Origin: Amphiscolops sp. MND2022
Lineage: Eukaryota
Reading direction: 5' to 3'
Assembly: GCA_964187785.1 (NCBI GenBank)
Contig: OZ076409.1
Coordinates: 20,028,001 to 20,092,000, forward strand
Length of the DNA stretch: 64,000 nucleotides
Shown piece by piece: positions 1-14,329 of this stretch; position 1 is the stretch's first letter, and each line of letters opens with the position of its first letter. Position numbers and translations under genes: made by a program. The notes under the pieces were generated by a model. That model saw only the letters and a list, made by a program, of their open reading frames with translations. It did not search any database and had not been told where the DNA came from.

Positions 1-60
1 CCACCTGGGTCCAGTTTGTAGAATTCAACAAACTTGTATTCCACAAACTGGACCTAATTC

Positions 61-3000
61 AGAAGAACAAACACTCGAGCATGAACTCATCAAAACTCGT
101 GAGATGATCAACGCAGGTGAATCACCAAAGAACATCAAGATAAGAGATCTAAAACTGAATGTCGAGAGCAAGCAACTTTTCCCTACAACCAACGAGGAAA
201 AAAGAAATGACTACTTTTGAAAATCTTGCTCTTCAACCTCCGAAGCATCAAAACTCACCTGAGAAGGCTGACATTTTCTCAACATATTCTGGTCTCTAAC
301 TTCAAATAGTTGTGTCTAACTGAAACTTGGCTTACACCGGACATGAAAAATGTGCTGAAATATTCCTGCCAAGTTATTCAATATTCCGAGGCGACCGGCA
401 ATCTACAAATTCTTCAATTGAGCATGGAGATGCCTTGCTTGGAATCAAGACCAACATTTCCCACTTGCCCCTCTCCATGTTAACTACAAATCTACAACAA
501 ACATGCTCAGCTGCGATATTTAGTCGTGGTTCATCATCTTTTTGCTGTTGTATATTCTACAATCCTCCTGAAAACAGTCCCTATAGACTGACCAAAAACG
601 ACTTCGAAATTGCCATGAAGTTTTTAGGCGAACAGCGATATGATTGTTGGACAAATATGGATGATCTGAATATGTATAAAACAAATTGGTATAGTCAAAC
701 ATCCGAGGACACTTTTCAGTCCGCAAATTTGGAAACAATTGACAGCAACAACCTCGCTCAAGCTGTGCATTTCAACACGACGAACTCTAGTCCTTTAGAC
801 ATCGTATTGACCACTGCTACTGACCAAATCGGAAACATTCAAATAGACCAAGACTTCGAAACATCAACAGTTAAACCCAATAACAGACAATAAGACTCTA
901 TTGATAACAATTTCGTTTGATGTAGACCTTCCCTAGCGTAACAACACAAAATTCTACAGCTTCTGTCGATGCAATTTCATATCATTGCATCATTAACGAT
1001 CCTCTTTAACGGATCATTAACGGATCTGACGTCATTAACGATCCTTTTTTACATAAATTGTATTCGAATATCGATGAAACGTTGTACGAATTGTATGACA
1101 GGGTCAACAAAACATTGCCCCAAACGCACCCAACACCGTTATTCGCTTCCACCTTGGGTAAGTTAGGAATCTTCAAACCTCATGAAGAATCTGCACACCG
1201 CAGAGAAGCTTCTGGAGAAATATACTTGCAATGAAGCTCGGAAACGAAAATTTGAGCTGATCAGGACCAAACTAAACGTGCGCTTTTCCGAAGACAAAAC
1301 TTGGTACGAGAACAAAATATTTCTCAATCGAGACACTGAAGAACTGTTCGGATATTTGAAAATACTTGGTAAAGAAATAACCACGAGTGAAATACACTGG
1401 AAATCAAATTAAGCAAGAACGTTAATCGACAAAGTCAACCTTTCCAACTAAAATTCCAGGTCCTTTTGGCCTTCGTTTTCCACTGAAACAGATGTTTGTT
1501 TTGTTCTGGTGTAGTGTACGCATTCAATTCGATAACGAAGCCATTCACAAACACCTCAGTGCTCTAAAGCTCCGCAAGAGTAAAGAGAGTGATTATTTTT
1601 TCCCCGCAAATTAACAAGAACTCTCTTCCAGAAATTATACCTTCACTACTAAATTTGTACAACAATTTTGTCCGGACCAAGACTTTCCCTACAATATGGA
1701 AACATGCGGGTGTTATTCCTGTCTTAAAAAAGATATCAGACTTCTAAACATTGAATTCAAACTTCTGGAGAAGATTATGCATGATACAATATTCCGATGC
1801 TTCATTGAATTCTGTAGCGACCGCCAATTTTGAATTCGACCTGGACGGTCTCCAGTTTTACGGATCCTCCAAACATTATTAACATTTCATGATTCATGGT
1901 CTCATGAAAATATATCCCTCATCCTTTTTGACTTCCAACAGGCGTTCGATAGTTTAGACCATGAAATCTCTTTTAAAAAAGCTTGTTCAAAATGAACTCC
2001 ATCAAAGATTCTTCAATCTTCTTCGAAACTATCTTACCGGAGGAAGCCAATCCGTAAATTTTGAGGACGTTACCTCTGAATCTGTCAATGTTCGAGCTGG
2101 AGTTCATCAGGTTTCAATCCTGGGCCCGCCTTTGTTCATGATATTTGTCAATGACCTACCCTCTAGTGCTCTCAATGCCACTGCCTACATGTTTGCAGAT
2201 GACATTACTGCTCTCAACATCGGGAGTAAAGGAGATCTTTGCAAATTTCAGGAAGACATATCTAGAATTCAGAACTGGTGCGATGTCAATAACCTCCATC
2301 TCAATGCCAAAAAAGTGCAGCTTCATGTCTGTTAGGGGCATTGTAGATGCACAGCTTGTAATATCGAATCATAACCCTAACATTGAAGAGACATGTACAG
2401 ATCTTGGTCTAATCATGGACAAAATATTTAAATGGCACAACCACATTGAAAATCGATCTATGAAGACGTTAAAAGTTTTCCAAAGGATACGGCGAAACAC
2501 TACCCTGAACGTGAATATTAAATCCAAAATTAACATCTACAAGTCATTACTAAGTCCTAGCCTGCTATACGCATCCGAATGTTACTGGTCATCTCGCTCT
2601 GAAAGTGAAGCAATTAAACGCCATGAACAAAAAAGTAACCTACTGGGTTTGACTTTGCCAGTCGAAAACTACAAAGAGCGCTTACTTCAACTTGAACTGC
2701 TACTCATTCTCTATCACCAAGAATTGAAAAAACTTCTTTTTTTACTATTATCAGCAATTATTACAATGTGGATTTTGCCCAATACTATGAAATCGAAAAA
2801 TCTAATAGAAGAGGCACGCGCTTCCAATTACCAAACTTGAATTGCGAAGCCCTGAGGGATAATTTTTGGTATCGTTCTTGCTACCGCGGCAACCAAATCA
2901 TGGAATTCCTGAAACCAGATATACAATTTTCAATTAAAGCCCAAAATCTTTAAATTATGTGGAATACCTTCAACAACACCTTCAAAGAACAGAAATTCTG

Positions 3001-3150
3001 CTCGCTTGGTTTTGTTTGTATCCGCCAATCAAGGTCAGAACATTATTAACTCTTCCATTGGGTGCACCTGCAGTAACGCAAAAAACTCATCTTCCCATTT
3101 CTTTTAAATTGTATCACCGGGAGCAATCCCTTCACCACTTGGCGTATTTT
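61..3150 (+). mobile_element. Decayed CR1/L2-group LINE (ORF1 C-terminus, then ORF2 endonuclease and RT with frameshifts and stops)
   Basis: EN motifs (FNLRS, CLTETWL, RGDR, FYNPP, LDIVLT) at 207-893. RT motifs (DFQQAFD, GVHQVSILGP, MFADD, DLGLI) at 1900-2450. C-terminal 'NFWYR' also seen in the intact ORF2 at 21588. Ends at a (TA)n tract. Confidence 0.9.
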
Positions 3151-3224
3151 ATATACTATATATATATATATAAAAATTAATATATAAATACATGTATATA
3201 TAACATAATAAATATATATATAAA

Positions 3225-3286
<62 letters not shown>

Positions 3287-3385
3287 TATATAATTATATA
3301 CATCTATATAATTATGTTACATAATATATATATATATATATATAAATATATTATATATATAATTATAAATATATATATATATATA
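3148..3385. repeat. (TA)n-rich microsatellite at the LINE 3' end
   Basis: Directly visible. Confidence 0.95.
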
Positions 3386-3549
3386 ATTGTTAAGGGTGAC
3401 ATAATGCGGTCGAATTCCTATCGTGGAATTTGAAGCTTCGTCCTAGCGTCGAAGACCCATTCTGGAAAAATTTTGTCGAAGTAATTGAGTTGATGCAAGT
3501 GGTAAAACACCAAAAATACATTTGCGTCCCAAATAACAATGTTTTTGGC

Positions 3550-3733
3550 CCTCGGATATGCCCCCATTTCCTCTAGTGGCCTGCGGTCTTTTGGGGCCGC
3601 TTATGCTCCCATCTTGTTAACCGAGATCGAACAGGAGCAAAGACCCAGCGGGAACGGAGATTGCGAAGTGATTTTAGTGGGAGCTGGACTTCGCGATGGT
3701 GAGGGCGAGCGTGCATACACCGTATATGTCCCC
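3550..3733 (+). repeat. ~180-bp interspersed repeat, 'core B', copy 1
   Basis: Colinear with 20849-21031 (cctcggatatg...gggaacggaga...gagggcgagcgtgcatacaccgtat). Confidence 0.85.
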
Positions 3734-4399
3734 TCAAAATAAGTGGGGAGAGGCTTGTTTGGTGTCGTTAGTAGCGGTATTATCAGCCATTTTAATCTGA
3801 AACCAACAGCAATATAAAAGCTCGAATTAGGTCCAATTTGTAGAATACCAGTTTTTAGAAATCTACAAACTGGTCTCAGGTGGTCCGGTTTGCAGATTTT
3901 TTTCTACAAACTGGATCAATAAATTTTTCAAACTGGCATTCCTTCACACAAGATCCGGATCTTGTTTGCTAATGCCCCCCACGGATTTATCGACCCCTCT
4001 AAAATAATTTAGTATTTGCAGTGTAAAAATTGATGGGTAGTTATTCACGAGAAACAAATTCACGAGAAAGTTCTGACAATTTGGATATAATATTCATAAC
4101 AATAATGCCAAAAATTCGTTTTCCCAAGCAATTGAGGTCTTCGCTCTCTGAGTCGAGTTGTTGTCATTCGAGCATATTGATTTGATCTCATTTTTTTTCG
4201 ACCATTTCACCTCGATCGGGGAGGCTTGCTGTTCTTCATTTAGATACAACCAATGCAGTCGCAGCTGTTAAAATCAATCCAACCAAAGCGGGCGAGGTCA
4301 ATTGCGACTCAAAGCACGTTAAAAGGTGTTTTTTGTGGTCTGCGTACCCACCCGCGATGGAATTGTTCAGCACGAAAGGACGTCAGTCAGAAGTGCCAG

Positions 4400-6895
4400 A
4401 AAAAGTGCCACTGGGCTGTTGTTCGCAGAGGGCAGTGATCTGCTACGACCTGAGAATCTTCAACGATTTGCTTCAGTCCTACTAGCAGCCGGTCCTCAAG
4501 ATCAGGCACTCTAAGCCCCCATGGAGCTTGGAAATATAAACTTCTCAGTTTAGTGGTCTCAGGGGCCAGTGAATCTTTCATTTCGAAAGCGGTTCAAGAG
4601 AAGTGTATTTGACCATGAAAAAGTGTTGCACGACAACAAGGCAATAAGTCTCATCTGGCAGTTTCGGGAACGGTGGAAGTGTCGATGAATATACACTCAA
4701 TACAGTACGCTACTAAGCTCAACGTGGTATCCGACTCTCTGGTATCCGATGTCACTATTGGACTGGAGATCCTTGGCCAACATGAATCGGTTCAGCTTGA
4801 AACAAACGGAACACGCCAAATTGCAATTACGGTATTTTCTCAGCTAACCAAGGAAATAGCGAAACCAATTGTCACTAAATCATAGCACTTTTACTCCATT
4901 ATCAGAGAATTTATTAAAAATGAGGTAGCTAGACTTCTACGTGAAGGAATAATTGAACCAAGTTCTTCTTCCTGGCGAGCACAGGTCTTCGTTGTTTGCC
5001 ACAGAAATAAGCCGCGAAAGGTAATTGATTACTCCGACTATTAACAGATACACTGAACTTGACGCTTATCCTTTTCCTGAAGGTAAATGACGGTAAATGC
5101 GTATCCATGAAGGTTAATGCGTGTTTGGCGTCACTCGAATATCACAGCTTGGTCACATACTGCAGAATTGTACGAAGCGAGCGGACCCTCGCCGACTCAC
5201 AACTTTGACGGAGTATCTTTTACTACAAAATACATCTCAGCTCCATTGGTTGCTAGGTTTCTTTGCCTACAATGCAAAATGGGTTGCTGATTACCATAAT
5301 AAAGTTCGTCCCCTCTTCGACACATATAACCAATCCATCCGCTTCTTCACTCTGCCATGCCGCTATTAAAACAAAACGCTTCTGAAGAAGGAGTTTGGAA
5401 AGGCAACCTCAGATTTCCTGAAAGAGGATACCATTTGATAATGACCACAGATGCTTCGGGAACAGCCTTTGGAGCACATTATCACAAAAAGGTCAACCTG
5501 TCGCCTTGTTCTTTTCGCATTCATTGTCGCCCTCTGAAATGACACAATCGTCGGTAGAACGAGAAGCAATAACGATCATTGAATGCCGCCGCACATGGGT
5601 GCATTTCATTCGCTCGTACCACACTGTTTCCCAAACAGACTAGAAATCTGTGTCCTTCATATTCTTGCTAAAGACAAACAAATATGAAATAGGAGCTGTT
5701 TCGTTGGCGTTTGGAGTTTTCCGAGTTCGCATACAAGATAGAATTTGAACGAGGCTCAGGAAACGTCGCTGCTGACGCTCTCTCACGTATTGATAGTCTG
5801 TCGAGTGGTCCAAAACCAGCAAGTCTCCATAATGCTCTCTCACAACCTGGAATTACTGGGGTTTGGGATAATGCTCAGCGCCACAAATTTGCTTACTATC
5901 TTGATGATATTAAGGCATGTGCTGAAAAATGTCCTACATGTCTAGAATGTAAGTCAGTTTGTTTGGCCAGCCAAATCACACGCGGTGAAGGCAACTGCGC
6001 CCATGAAACGGCTTAGAATTGACCTCATGGGACCAAAAATTCCCTCTCATGCAAATGCTTCACGATACCTCTTAAATGACATCGATGATTTTAAACGTTT
6101 CCTGTTTGCCCTTCCATTGAAAGACATTACGAAAATTAGTCCATATTATTCTTCTGTGGAACCCCAGCCTTCATTCTTTCCGACAGGATAATTCAATCCC
6201 TATCAATCGAATTTGATTCATTCTGTAATCAGGCGGGCATTGCTCATTTGCGAAACACTCCCTACAACCCCAAAGCTAATAGACAATGCTAGAGGTATAC
6301 CGGAGTCATTTTGAAGGGGATCATATGTAACCTCCGTTCTCACGGATTGACTGAAGATAGATTAAAGGAAATGTTGCCCGTTGATTTAGCATTGATAAGG
6401 ACCTTGATCTGTAGGGCAGCAAACAGCAAACCTCACGACCGGTTCTTCGGGTTTCCTTGCCGAAGATCTTCAGCTCTGCGTATTGCAAAGTGGTTAGCGC
6501 CTGATAACAACATTTATGTCAAAACCTTTGTACGGAACAAATCAGATCCCCTAGTGAAACCTGCTAAGGTGGTCGAGGTATTAAATGATTAGTTGATTAG
6601 GGTGCAATGCCCAAGAGGGACAATAGATACGGTTTCATTATCAAAGGCACCCCGTGGCAGTGTCGATGGATGCAAGCTCGAAAAGAAGTCGTTCGACAAA
6701 AGCCTAAGCCTGTTTTCTATACAACACAATGTCATCAACGATGCAGTTAATGTCCTGAAAGTTACTGTGGAAATCATCCGATGACTAAGATGAATTGACA
6801 GAAGTGATTTATTCAGAAATTGATTTCAAGTTTTGAACAAAATGGACAGAAAAGGTCCCAGATGTTTAGAAGAGACTACTGCGATACACTTACCG
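4400..6895 (+). mobile_element. Highly decayed, internally deleted Ty3/Gypsy pol remnant
   Basis: Protease-like GASESFI (~4560), RT-like IIEPSSSSWRAQV and ELDAYP, RNase H TTDASG, EREA and NVAADALSR, integrase CPTC, IDLMGP and TPYNP. Confidence 0.85.
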
Positions 6896-8115
6896 CGAAC
6901 TATCAAGGCTTTTGGGAACAATACCTACATTTTTAAAAGTTTTAGGGTTTTTTGACGAAGGTAAACATAGAACATACTGGTAGATCGACATTACTTTGAA
7001 GAATTTATTAGTCCCTGTTTTCAAAATTAACGTTTAATGAAACGTTCGCTGAGAAACTGGAAAAAATGATTTGACAGATTGAAATGCGTAACTTCTGGTA
7101 ACTGAGTGAGGAAAAACCATGGGGAAAGTCTTCATTTAATATTCAATTTTAACCTAACACCTTTGGTTTGTTACCTGTTTTCAGTCAAAGGCGTCAATAA
7201 CAGAAATTGATTTTGATTAAAACTTCACGATCATAACTGCACACATTCTTCTTTTTCAAAAAAAAACACGACAAAACTACATTTGTATCAAATGTAGGCA
7301 ATTTTTTGACTGCAGCTATTGTAAATTTCAAGCGTTCATCACTAATAACACCACGTGCACGAAAAATTGATCACAGGGCATTAAAACCATGCTTTTGCTC
7401 AGCGCAAGTTTTAAACGTGCAAGAAAACACCTGCTCTAAGCAGTGAAGCAATTTTGAATACACTTTTTGGTGTTTTGTGTGACAAAAAAAACGGCGAATG
7501 CTGGTGTCTCTGGGATTGTTGTGTATACTGTGCATCAGACAAAGCCTGACGTTTGGTTTCCGGTTTCAGTATTTGCTGCTTTCCCGGAAGTGGATTTTGT
7601 GCCCGTTCTCCTGGGCGTGTTCGTTGATTTTCCACGAACGGATTCTCGTCGTTGTTGGTACTTTGCAAACGCTCGATGGTGCGGACAGTACCTGGTAGGC
7701 GGTCCTTCACAACCTTGTCGAATTCCCAAATATTTTCAATTCCAGTGAGTAGCTCTGTTCGAGCCATCCCCTCTGACGGCTTACTGCTCGCTGTTTTACC
7801 TCGATCACTGCGACGGTGTGATCCCAATCGCAGTGGGTGATTACCTGTCTGGTACTGGATAAAGATACAGTCCCTAAACTTGAGAGGTGACACCGTACCG
7901 TGTGTTAGCGAAAAGATTCAGCATTTCTGACGTTTATGGCACGTATTGCTTCTTGCCTGGCCCGCGACGTTTCTTTCCGTGTTTTTCCGAACGTGCCGAT
8001 TGGGCATGAATTCCTATATAGGTCGTCCACGGATCGTCTGAGCTGGGGATTAGTGTTAATAATACATGTAGTCACCACGCTATATCAACCAATGTTGTGG
8101 GTTTTAAGTGTAGAC

Positions 8116-9095
8116 TTGCTCGAATATCGGAGCTGTATTGTGATGAGATATGTTCGAATCCTGTTAGCCCTCAATCTTTGCTACCGTGTCTAGATAGTTT
8201 AGTGGGTTGCTATAGATGTAGAGCTGACATGGGTTGCTCGTACCCAATGTTGTCTTTGAGCTTAGTGAAAGCGAGATAGGAACTCCTTTGAGAAGGGAGC
8301 CATATAGCAAGCTCTAAGTTGGTTAAAACGTCTAGACGGATTGCTCAAAATTCGAAGCTGTAGTGTAATGGTCACAACATCAGGTCTCGACTTGGAAGAA
8401 AAGGTTCGAATCTTGCCAGCTCTAAATCGTTGCTTTTGTGTTTAGACAGTTTAGTGAATTGCTATAATACTATGAGTGGGTAACTTTGTACAAGTTGTTT
8501 TCTGAAAACCTACTGTACGATTCTACAAACTGGACATAAAACTGTAAACTCTACAAAGTTGGGAAAGAGGTTAGTATTTTTGTTGTATGGCTCGGTGGCT
8601 TCGCTCCAAGTAGGAACAAGGAGGTATGGCCAAATGGCACGTCGCTTCGCGTCATTTCGTTACTGCACTTAGGGGTGCAGGAGAAATGTGAGCATAGATG
8701 ACTACGTTATCATAAATAGATCGCCGCAGCACTGTAATTCAATAATTTCAATTGTTTCCTGTTTCAATTTGTTTCATTTCTCTCATTTGGGAAACCACCC
8801 AGACATCGTTAGAAAAGTCTACAAACAAACCCTAAAAGCCAATGTTTGTCGAAAAATTTGATAACCGTTTTGTAGAAGTAATTCTACAAACATACTATCT
8901 ACCTATAGGAATTCCTTTGAGAAGGAAGTATTTTAGAAACCACTAGTTTGATTGATAAGTGTATACGGACTGGTCAAATATCGGAGCTGTATGGTATTGC
9001 AAAGCACGTCACGTCGCGACTCGAAAGAGTAGGTTCGACTTCTGTCAGCCCTAAATTTTTTTTGTGTCTAGATAGTTTAGTGGCTGCTATAACAC
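8116..9095 (+). repeat. Three degenerate tRNA-like repeat units, interrupted by a MITE-like insert
   Basis: Units near 8129, 8354 and 8982 share gagctgta...gttcga...agc(c/t)ct...tagatagtttagtg. The unit at 8354-8423 has an A-box (TAGTGTAATGG) and a B-box (GGTTCGAATC). Confidence 0.55.
8574..8710 (+). repeat. ~140-bp interspersed repeat, 'core A'
   Basis: Colinear with 39415-39556 (ttgttgtatggctcgg...atggcacgtcgct...gactacgttat). Confidence 0.85.
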
Positions 9096-11197
9096 TATCC
9101 CTGTCTTTGTTCGCCGAGTCTTCCAAGTCTTTATAGCGGCGGAGAAAACATTCCTTCGACAGCCTGTTTAGCTAGGAATAAGTTGGAATCAACGTCTTAA
9201 TTTCTTTCTATTGCCTCGACAGGCCTTCGGGCACCTCTTCAATTGGCATTTGCCTGCTGTGGTAGAAGTTCCCACAACGTATGTGGTGAGACTATGTCAA
9301 ATTCTTGGTGGTGCGACTGTGGTACTGCTCAGGAAGATTGGGAGGGCCAGGATGATCTGGTCCTTTTGATTATGAATTTTGTGGGGACAAGGTTGATCGG
9401 TTTTTTCTTGGTACGATGCCTCTGCGTGTTGTGGCGGTAATACGCGCAGTATTCGTTCAAACTGAACTTGTGAGTCGTCTTTGGACTCCTTAATAACTAT
9501 CTTTATGAATACTGCTGATCCTTCTTGAGACATTCACTCGGGCATAAAACTAGAACAGAATAGCGTTGGGTCAGTTTTGCGGATTTTTTATGGTTCTGGT
9601 CCAGCGATGAACGTCTTGTCAATCCGAACAAACAGTTGTCAGAACGTTCGAAACCAACCGCTCTCACCGAAAAGCATCGAAATTTGACCAAAGTTCCAGA
9701 ATTGTTTTGTCCCATAGCTGGGTTGGTTTGAAACGTTGCTTCAAGGCGAGGTTTTACTGTCTCCTAGATTACTCTGTTCAGCGTCTAGCGTTCACCGTTA
9801 CCGGCTGAGTTGCTCGGAATGGATTCGCGTTTCGCATTCGTTTCAATGATCCAGGAAGGATTTGAACCCCAAACATTCGAAAACGCGTCCTTGAATGCTA
9901 GGAATTGCTGCTGTAGGACCAAAGTTTGACAATTGTTGAGATAATGAAGAAATGACGCTTGTTGTGGTGGGTTTTTGACACCAAATGCAATCGGAAATCT
10001 GCTGAATTGGATCGCAATTGTTTAAAAACACTTGTTCCTTGCTGGTGTGCACTACTTCTGATCTACAAAGTCTCCCCAATGTTGTTTGTATTTAACAAAT
10101 ACAATGAAAAATAAAGTGTAAAGATCCTGGGTTTCAGTCTAGACAGTCTGAGGATTTGAGATATAAACTCGCACATTTTCTTCTGATTAGGTACATCAAA
10201 ATTTCGTTGGTTAAACTCACTTGGAATGGCCGACTTTGTTATGGAGTTTGTTTAATGTCACCTGCAGTATACTACTTCTTCTTCTTCTTCTCATTGTCTA
10301 TAGCTTCGTAGCCGATTTGGTCTACATGTGAGAAAAAAGCACTGATGAGACTAATCACAATCAACACAACTTGCTCTTTCTAATAGAGGTCCGTAGTTTT
10401 GAATCAAACAAATATGAAACTACTTTTTGGTCTGTCAAAATCGTGGAATGACTTCCTAGCAAGTACCGCGGAAAACAAAAATACCAACTTGATACAAAAA
10501 TACAAACTTGATTGTTAAAGATGAAATCATTCGTTCAAGTAGCACCATCAAATATTTGGGTGTCTACCAGAAACAAAATCTAACATTCCAAGAAAAAGTT
10601 ATGCATGCGGAATCTCCGGAAAATGGCATGCGGAATCAAAATTCTCTATTCCATCAGAGACCATTTTCCTGAAAAAGTTCGTTTACTGCTATTGAACGCC
10701 CTCGTAATCAGTCATCTCCACTACCCGGCAATTTTGTTGACTGGCCTAACTGAAAATCTCAATACGACCTTAGAGAAACACCTGAATTGGCGAATAGAAG
10801 CCTGTTTTAATCGATTAAGGCACGATCGATCATCAGATCTTAAGATTAAAAACAACATCCTACCGAACCAATATCTCCTTAAAACAAATCACTATCATAC
10901 TTTTGGAAATGGAAAAACAACCTAATGCCGGCGTTCCGAGACTCACAACTGGAGACTGGCAAAACACGAAAACAATCCAGAACCGAGACTCTTTACTTCA
11001 ATATCTTTTGTAGATCTGGTTTTCTGAGAGACAGTTTTTTCAAGAAAACTGTACCCCTGTGGAACACCCTGCCAAAAAACATACGCAAAAAACGTTTCTT
11101 TTCGCTACTGCCAAAATCAAAATTACAAACTTCTATCTCACAAAAATGAAAGTAGAAACCAATTTTCCTGAATATGGAAAAAATTGTTGGAGCAATT

Positions 11198-14097
11198 TGT
11201 GGTGACGTCATTGTCACTTGTTGTTATTCGGTAAACATCTACCGTTCGTTACCGAAGAAGCTACTTCAATTTCATTGGATCCGAGGTTCGGTTATATAAC
11301 ACCGAAGAATAGAAACTTTCTTTATGCGTTACCGATGACCGGTGAAAGAACTCAAGTAAACTCTTACATATTAGATTTGTTTTTTAACTGGTGTCAACTA
11401 TTAGTTTGAATATTATTTTACTGTATTGTAAGGACCATAATGAACTAAAACAAAAACCTGAATTGAACTGATTAAAGAATAAAATCTTTTCAAACCACTT
11501 TACGACAAATGGTGTCCAGACCACCGAAATTCCTTTAACTTTGAAAATTGATTGCAAAAGAAACAGAAAATTTCTTACCGTTATTTCATTTCAACCGAAA
11601 AGGGGGAGACTATATTCAATTCGTTCGGTGGACTTATCAAAATGCAAGCAACGGAGACAAAAAAGCAACTTAATCTGCACGAACCCGAAGCTGCTCTAGC
11701 CTGGATAGATGCATTCAAAGCACGATGTCGGGCGGAAAAGAAAGCAGATGTACCGGCAGCTGGAACAACAAGGATTGAAAATTGCAGCGGCGATTTTCCA
11801 GCGAGCTATAGAAGAAGTGCTCAAAGGACTGGATGGTTGCGTCGCATATCAAGACGATATCTTGTTGTTCGGTGTAACCGAGGCCGTACTCCGGAAAAGA
11901 TACAATGCGGTCAAAGATCGGCTGGCAGCAAAAAACTTCACCGTGAATGAAGACAAGTGCGTATCATTCTCGACAACGTTATCCTTTTTGGGCTATGAAA
12001 CTTTATCGGGAGGAGTAAAGCCGGAACACAAGCACGTTCAAAAGCTTCTCCAACTGCAGCCACCGAAAAATGTCAAAGAAGTTGAAGCTTTTATCGGACT
12101 TATCAACTACTTTGGGCGAATGATTCCCAACTATGCGGCCAAGACGCGGTGTATCGATGAAATCCGGCAAAAAGATAAACCTTTCAAGTGGACCGATGAA
12201 TGCGAAAGGGCATTCCAGTCACTGGTAGATGAGCTTACAAGTGAACCATTGGTACAATCGTACTCATTGGATAAAGAAGTGACTCTCACAACGGATGCAT
12301 CAGAAAAAACCATTGGTGCTGTATTAACACAAAATGATCACCCGGTTATCTACATATCTCGAAACTTGACATCGGCAGAACAGAAATACATTGACATTGA
12401 ACGGGAAGCGCTTGCTGTAGTATTCGCAGTGACCCGACTTCGACAATTTCTATTGGGGAGGAAGTTCATTTTAAGAACAGATCACAAGCCACTACAATAT
12501 ATCTTCAATCCGAGCAACCAGATACCGAAAGTTGTATCAGCGAGACTTGCGCGATGGGAAATAACCCTGATGGCCTATGACTATGATGTACAATACACTC
12601 CCGGTCAAGATATTGGTCATGCGGATGCAATGTCACGCTTACGGTTCAAAGACGATGAAGACGACTTAGTCGCGGTAGCAATGGTTACATTTGAGAAACC
12701 CATGATTGATGCCGAGAAGTTACGGAAAGAGATGCAATCGAATGAGTTCACAAAACGGATGATGAACTGAATCCGAACCGGTAATTGGACAAACTGTACT
12801 AAACTGGAGAAATCTTTTATGAAAGTTTCAAATGAATTAACAGTACAAAATGACTTGATATATAAGGATCGAGAGTTTTTATACCAATTACATGCCGAAA
12901 ACAAGTGATTGAAAAATTTCACGACGTCCATCAAGGAATAAATGCTTTGAAAAACCTGGTAAAAAGTAATGCGTGGTGGCCGTTTATGGACAACGATATC
13001 GAACAATTTGTCAAAAACTGTCCCGAATGCAGCAAAAACCGACCGAGACTGATCGATTCTACCGACAAATGGGAAGAATGCACTCCGTGGGAAAGATTGC
13101 ATATGGACTGGCTTTATGAAGCAAAACACGGTAACATTCTGATCATTGCTGATGCTGGGTCCGGTTGGCTGGAAGCTTTCCCGTGCACGGACCGATCAAC
13201 GCGCAACGTGGTCAGATGTCTCCGAACAATCTTTCTCGGTTTGGAATACCATATACGGTTGTGTCTGATAACGGAAAAGAGTTTGTATCCAAAGACTGGT
13301 TGGCAGCACAAGGATGCAAAAAGATTGACACACCTTTGTATTCACCGAGAAGCAATGGACTGGCCGAAAAAGCTGTTCAATTAATGAAAAGAAGCCTGAA
13401 ATTTTACAATGAAGACATGGGTTGTTCATTGACTACTTATATTGATAAATTTTTGTTCAGTCATCGAAATTCTTCCAATGCTAGAGGAGACACTCCTGCC
13501 AAATTACTACTTGGAAAAAAACTTGAGAAACCCTGTTGTTGGATTTTATGTAGTTAGTGAAAAAGTTATGTACAAACCAACTTCAAACCATGAGCCGAAA
13601 GAACTGACCTACATTATCCGGAAAGGACGAAACACAGCTTGGCTTCATGACAACAACCGAACAATTTTGGCTAGTGACGGACAAATCGCACCTCTACCAT
13701 CATCAAACGTAGTAAAAGTAGAACATCAACCAAACTTTGGACATGATACTATTCAAGATCCAGTCACCCCGAAGACTGGTAACGCTAATAACTTGAGTCC
13801 GGTGCTGACCGAAGAACATACCGCAGTAACCAACGATAGACCGAAACGATTACGAACCCAAACCCAGAAGTATCAAGCAGGATTCGCATGAAGCAACTAA
13901 AAGAGGGGATGTGGTGACGGGGTGACGTCATCGTCACTTGTTGTTATTCGTAAACATCTACCGTTCGTTACCGTAGAAGCTACTTTAATTTCATTTTGAA
14001 TATTATTTTACTGTATTGTACGGACCATAATGAAATAAAACGAAAACCTGAATTGAACTGATTAAAGAATAAAATCTTTTGAAACCACTTTACGACA
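11198..14097 (+). mobile_element. Internally deleted Ty3/Gypsy element with both LTRs
   Basis: LTRs 11198-11507 and 13910-14097 (TG...CA). TSD caatt/caact. PBS-like tggtgtcc at 11510. PPT aaaagagggga before the 3' LTR. RT (YQDD), RNase H (TDAS, EREA, TDHKPL) and integrase (HHCC, SDNG, SNGLAE). Confidence 0.93.
11709..13891 (+). pseudogene. pol: Gypsy pol fragments (RT C-terminal half, RNase H, integrase), frameshifted
   Basis: ORFs 11709-12770, 12905-13384, 13165-13557 and 13442-13891 carry successive pol motifs. Confidence 0.9.
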
Positions 14098-14329
14098 CAA
14101 CTACCGATTCAAAAAGCGTTCATCGACTCTAGGGTTTTCGTCTTGTCTAGTACTTTTTAAACTTGCATGAATTTCAATTACACTGTTCCTTTTGTAAAGT
14201 TACAATACTTCGGTTTATTTTGTGAACTTTTAAAAGGTATAATACAGTGTTCTTTTTTACATTTCTGTACAGAGCACACAATGGCAAATGCTTCTTTTTG
14301 ACAGCTGATCAATTCAGTTCTTTTTCCGA

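Larger units (their letters stand above)
10430..14300 (+). mobile_element. LINE 3' fragment split by a Gypsy insertion at 11198
   Basis: Post-RT motifs (KYLGV, LLNALVISHLHY, SFFKKTVPLWNTLP). The frame C-W-S-N-Y-R-F-K is rejoined across the LTR element. Confidence 0.8.

Noticed and set aside
3046..3303. YI-repeat ORF
   Set aside because: Translation of a (TA)n microsatellite.
12617..13129. 170-aa antisense ORF, and similar plus-strand ORFs over 52075-57626
   Set aside because: Shadow frames opposite gag/pol with no recognisable motifs.
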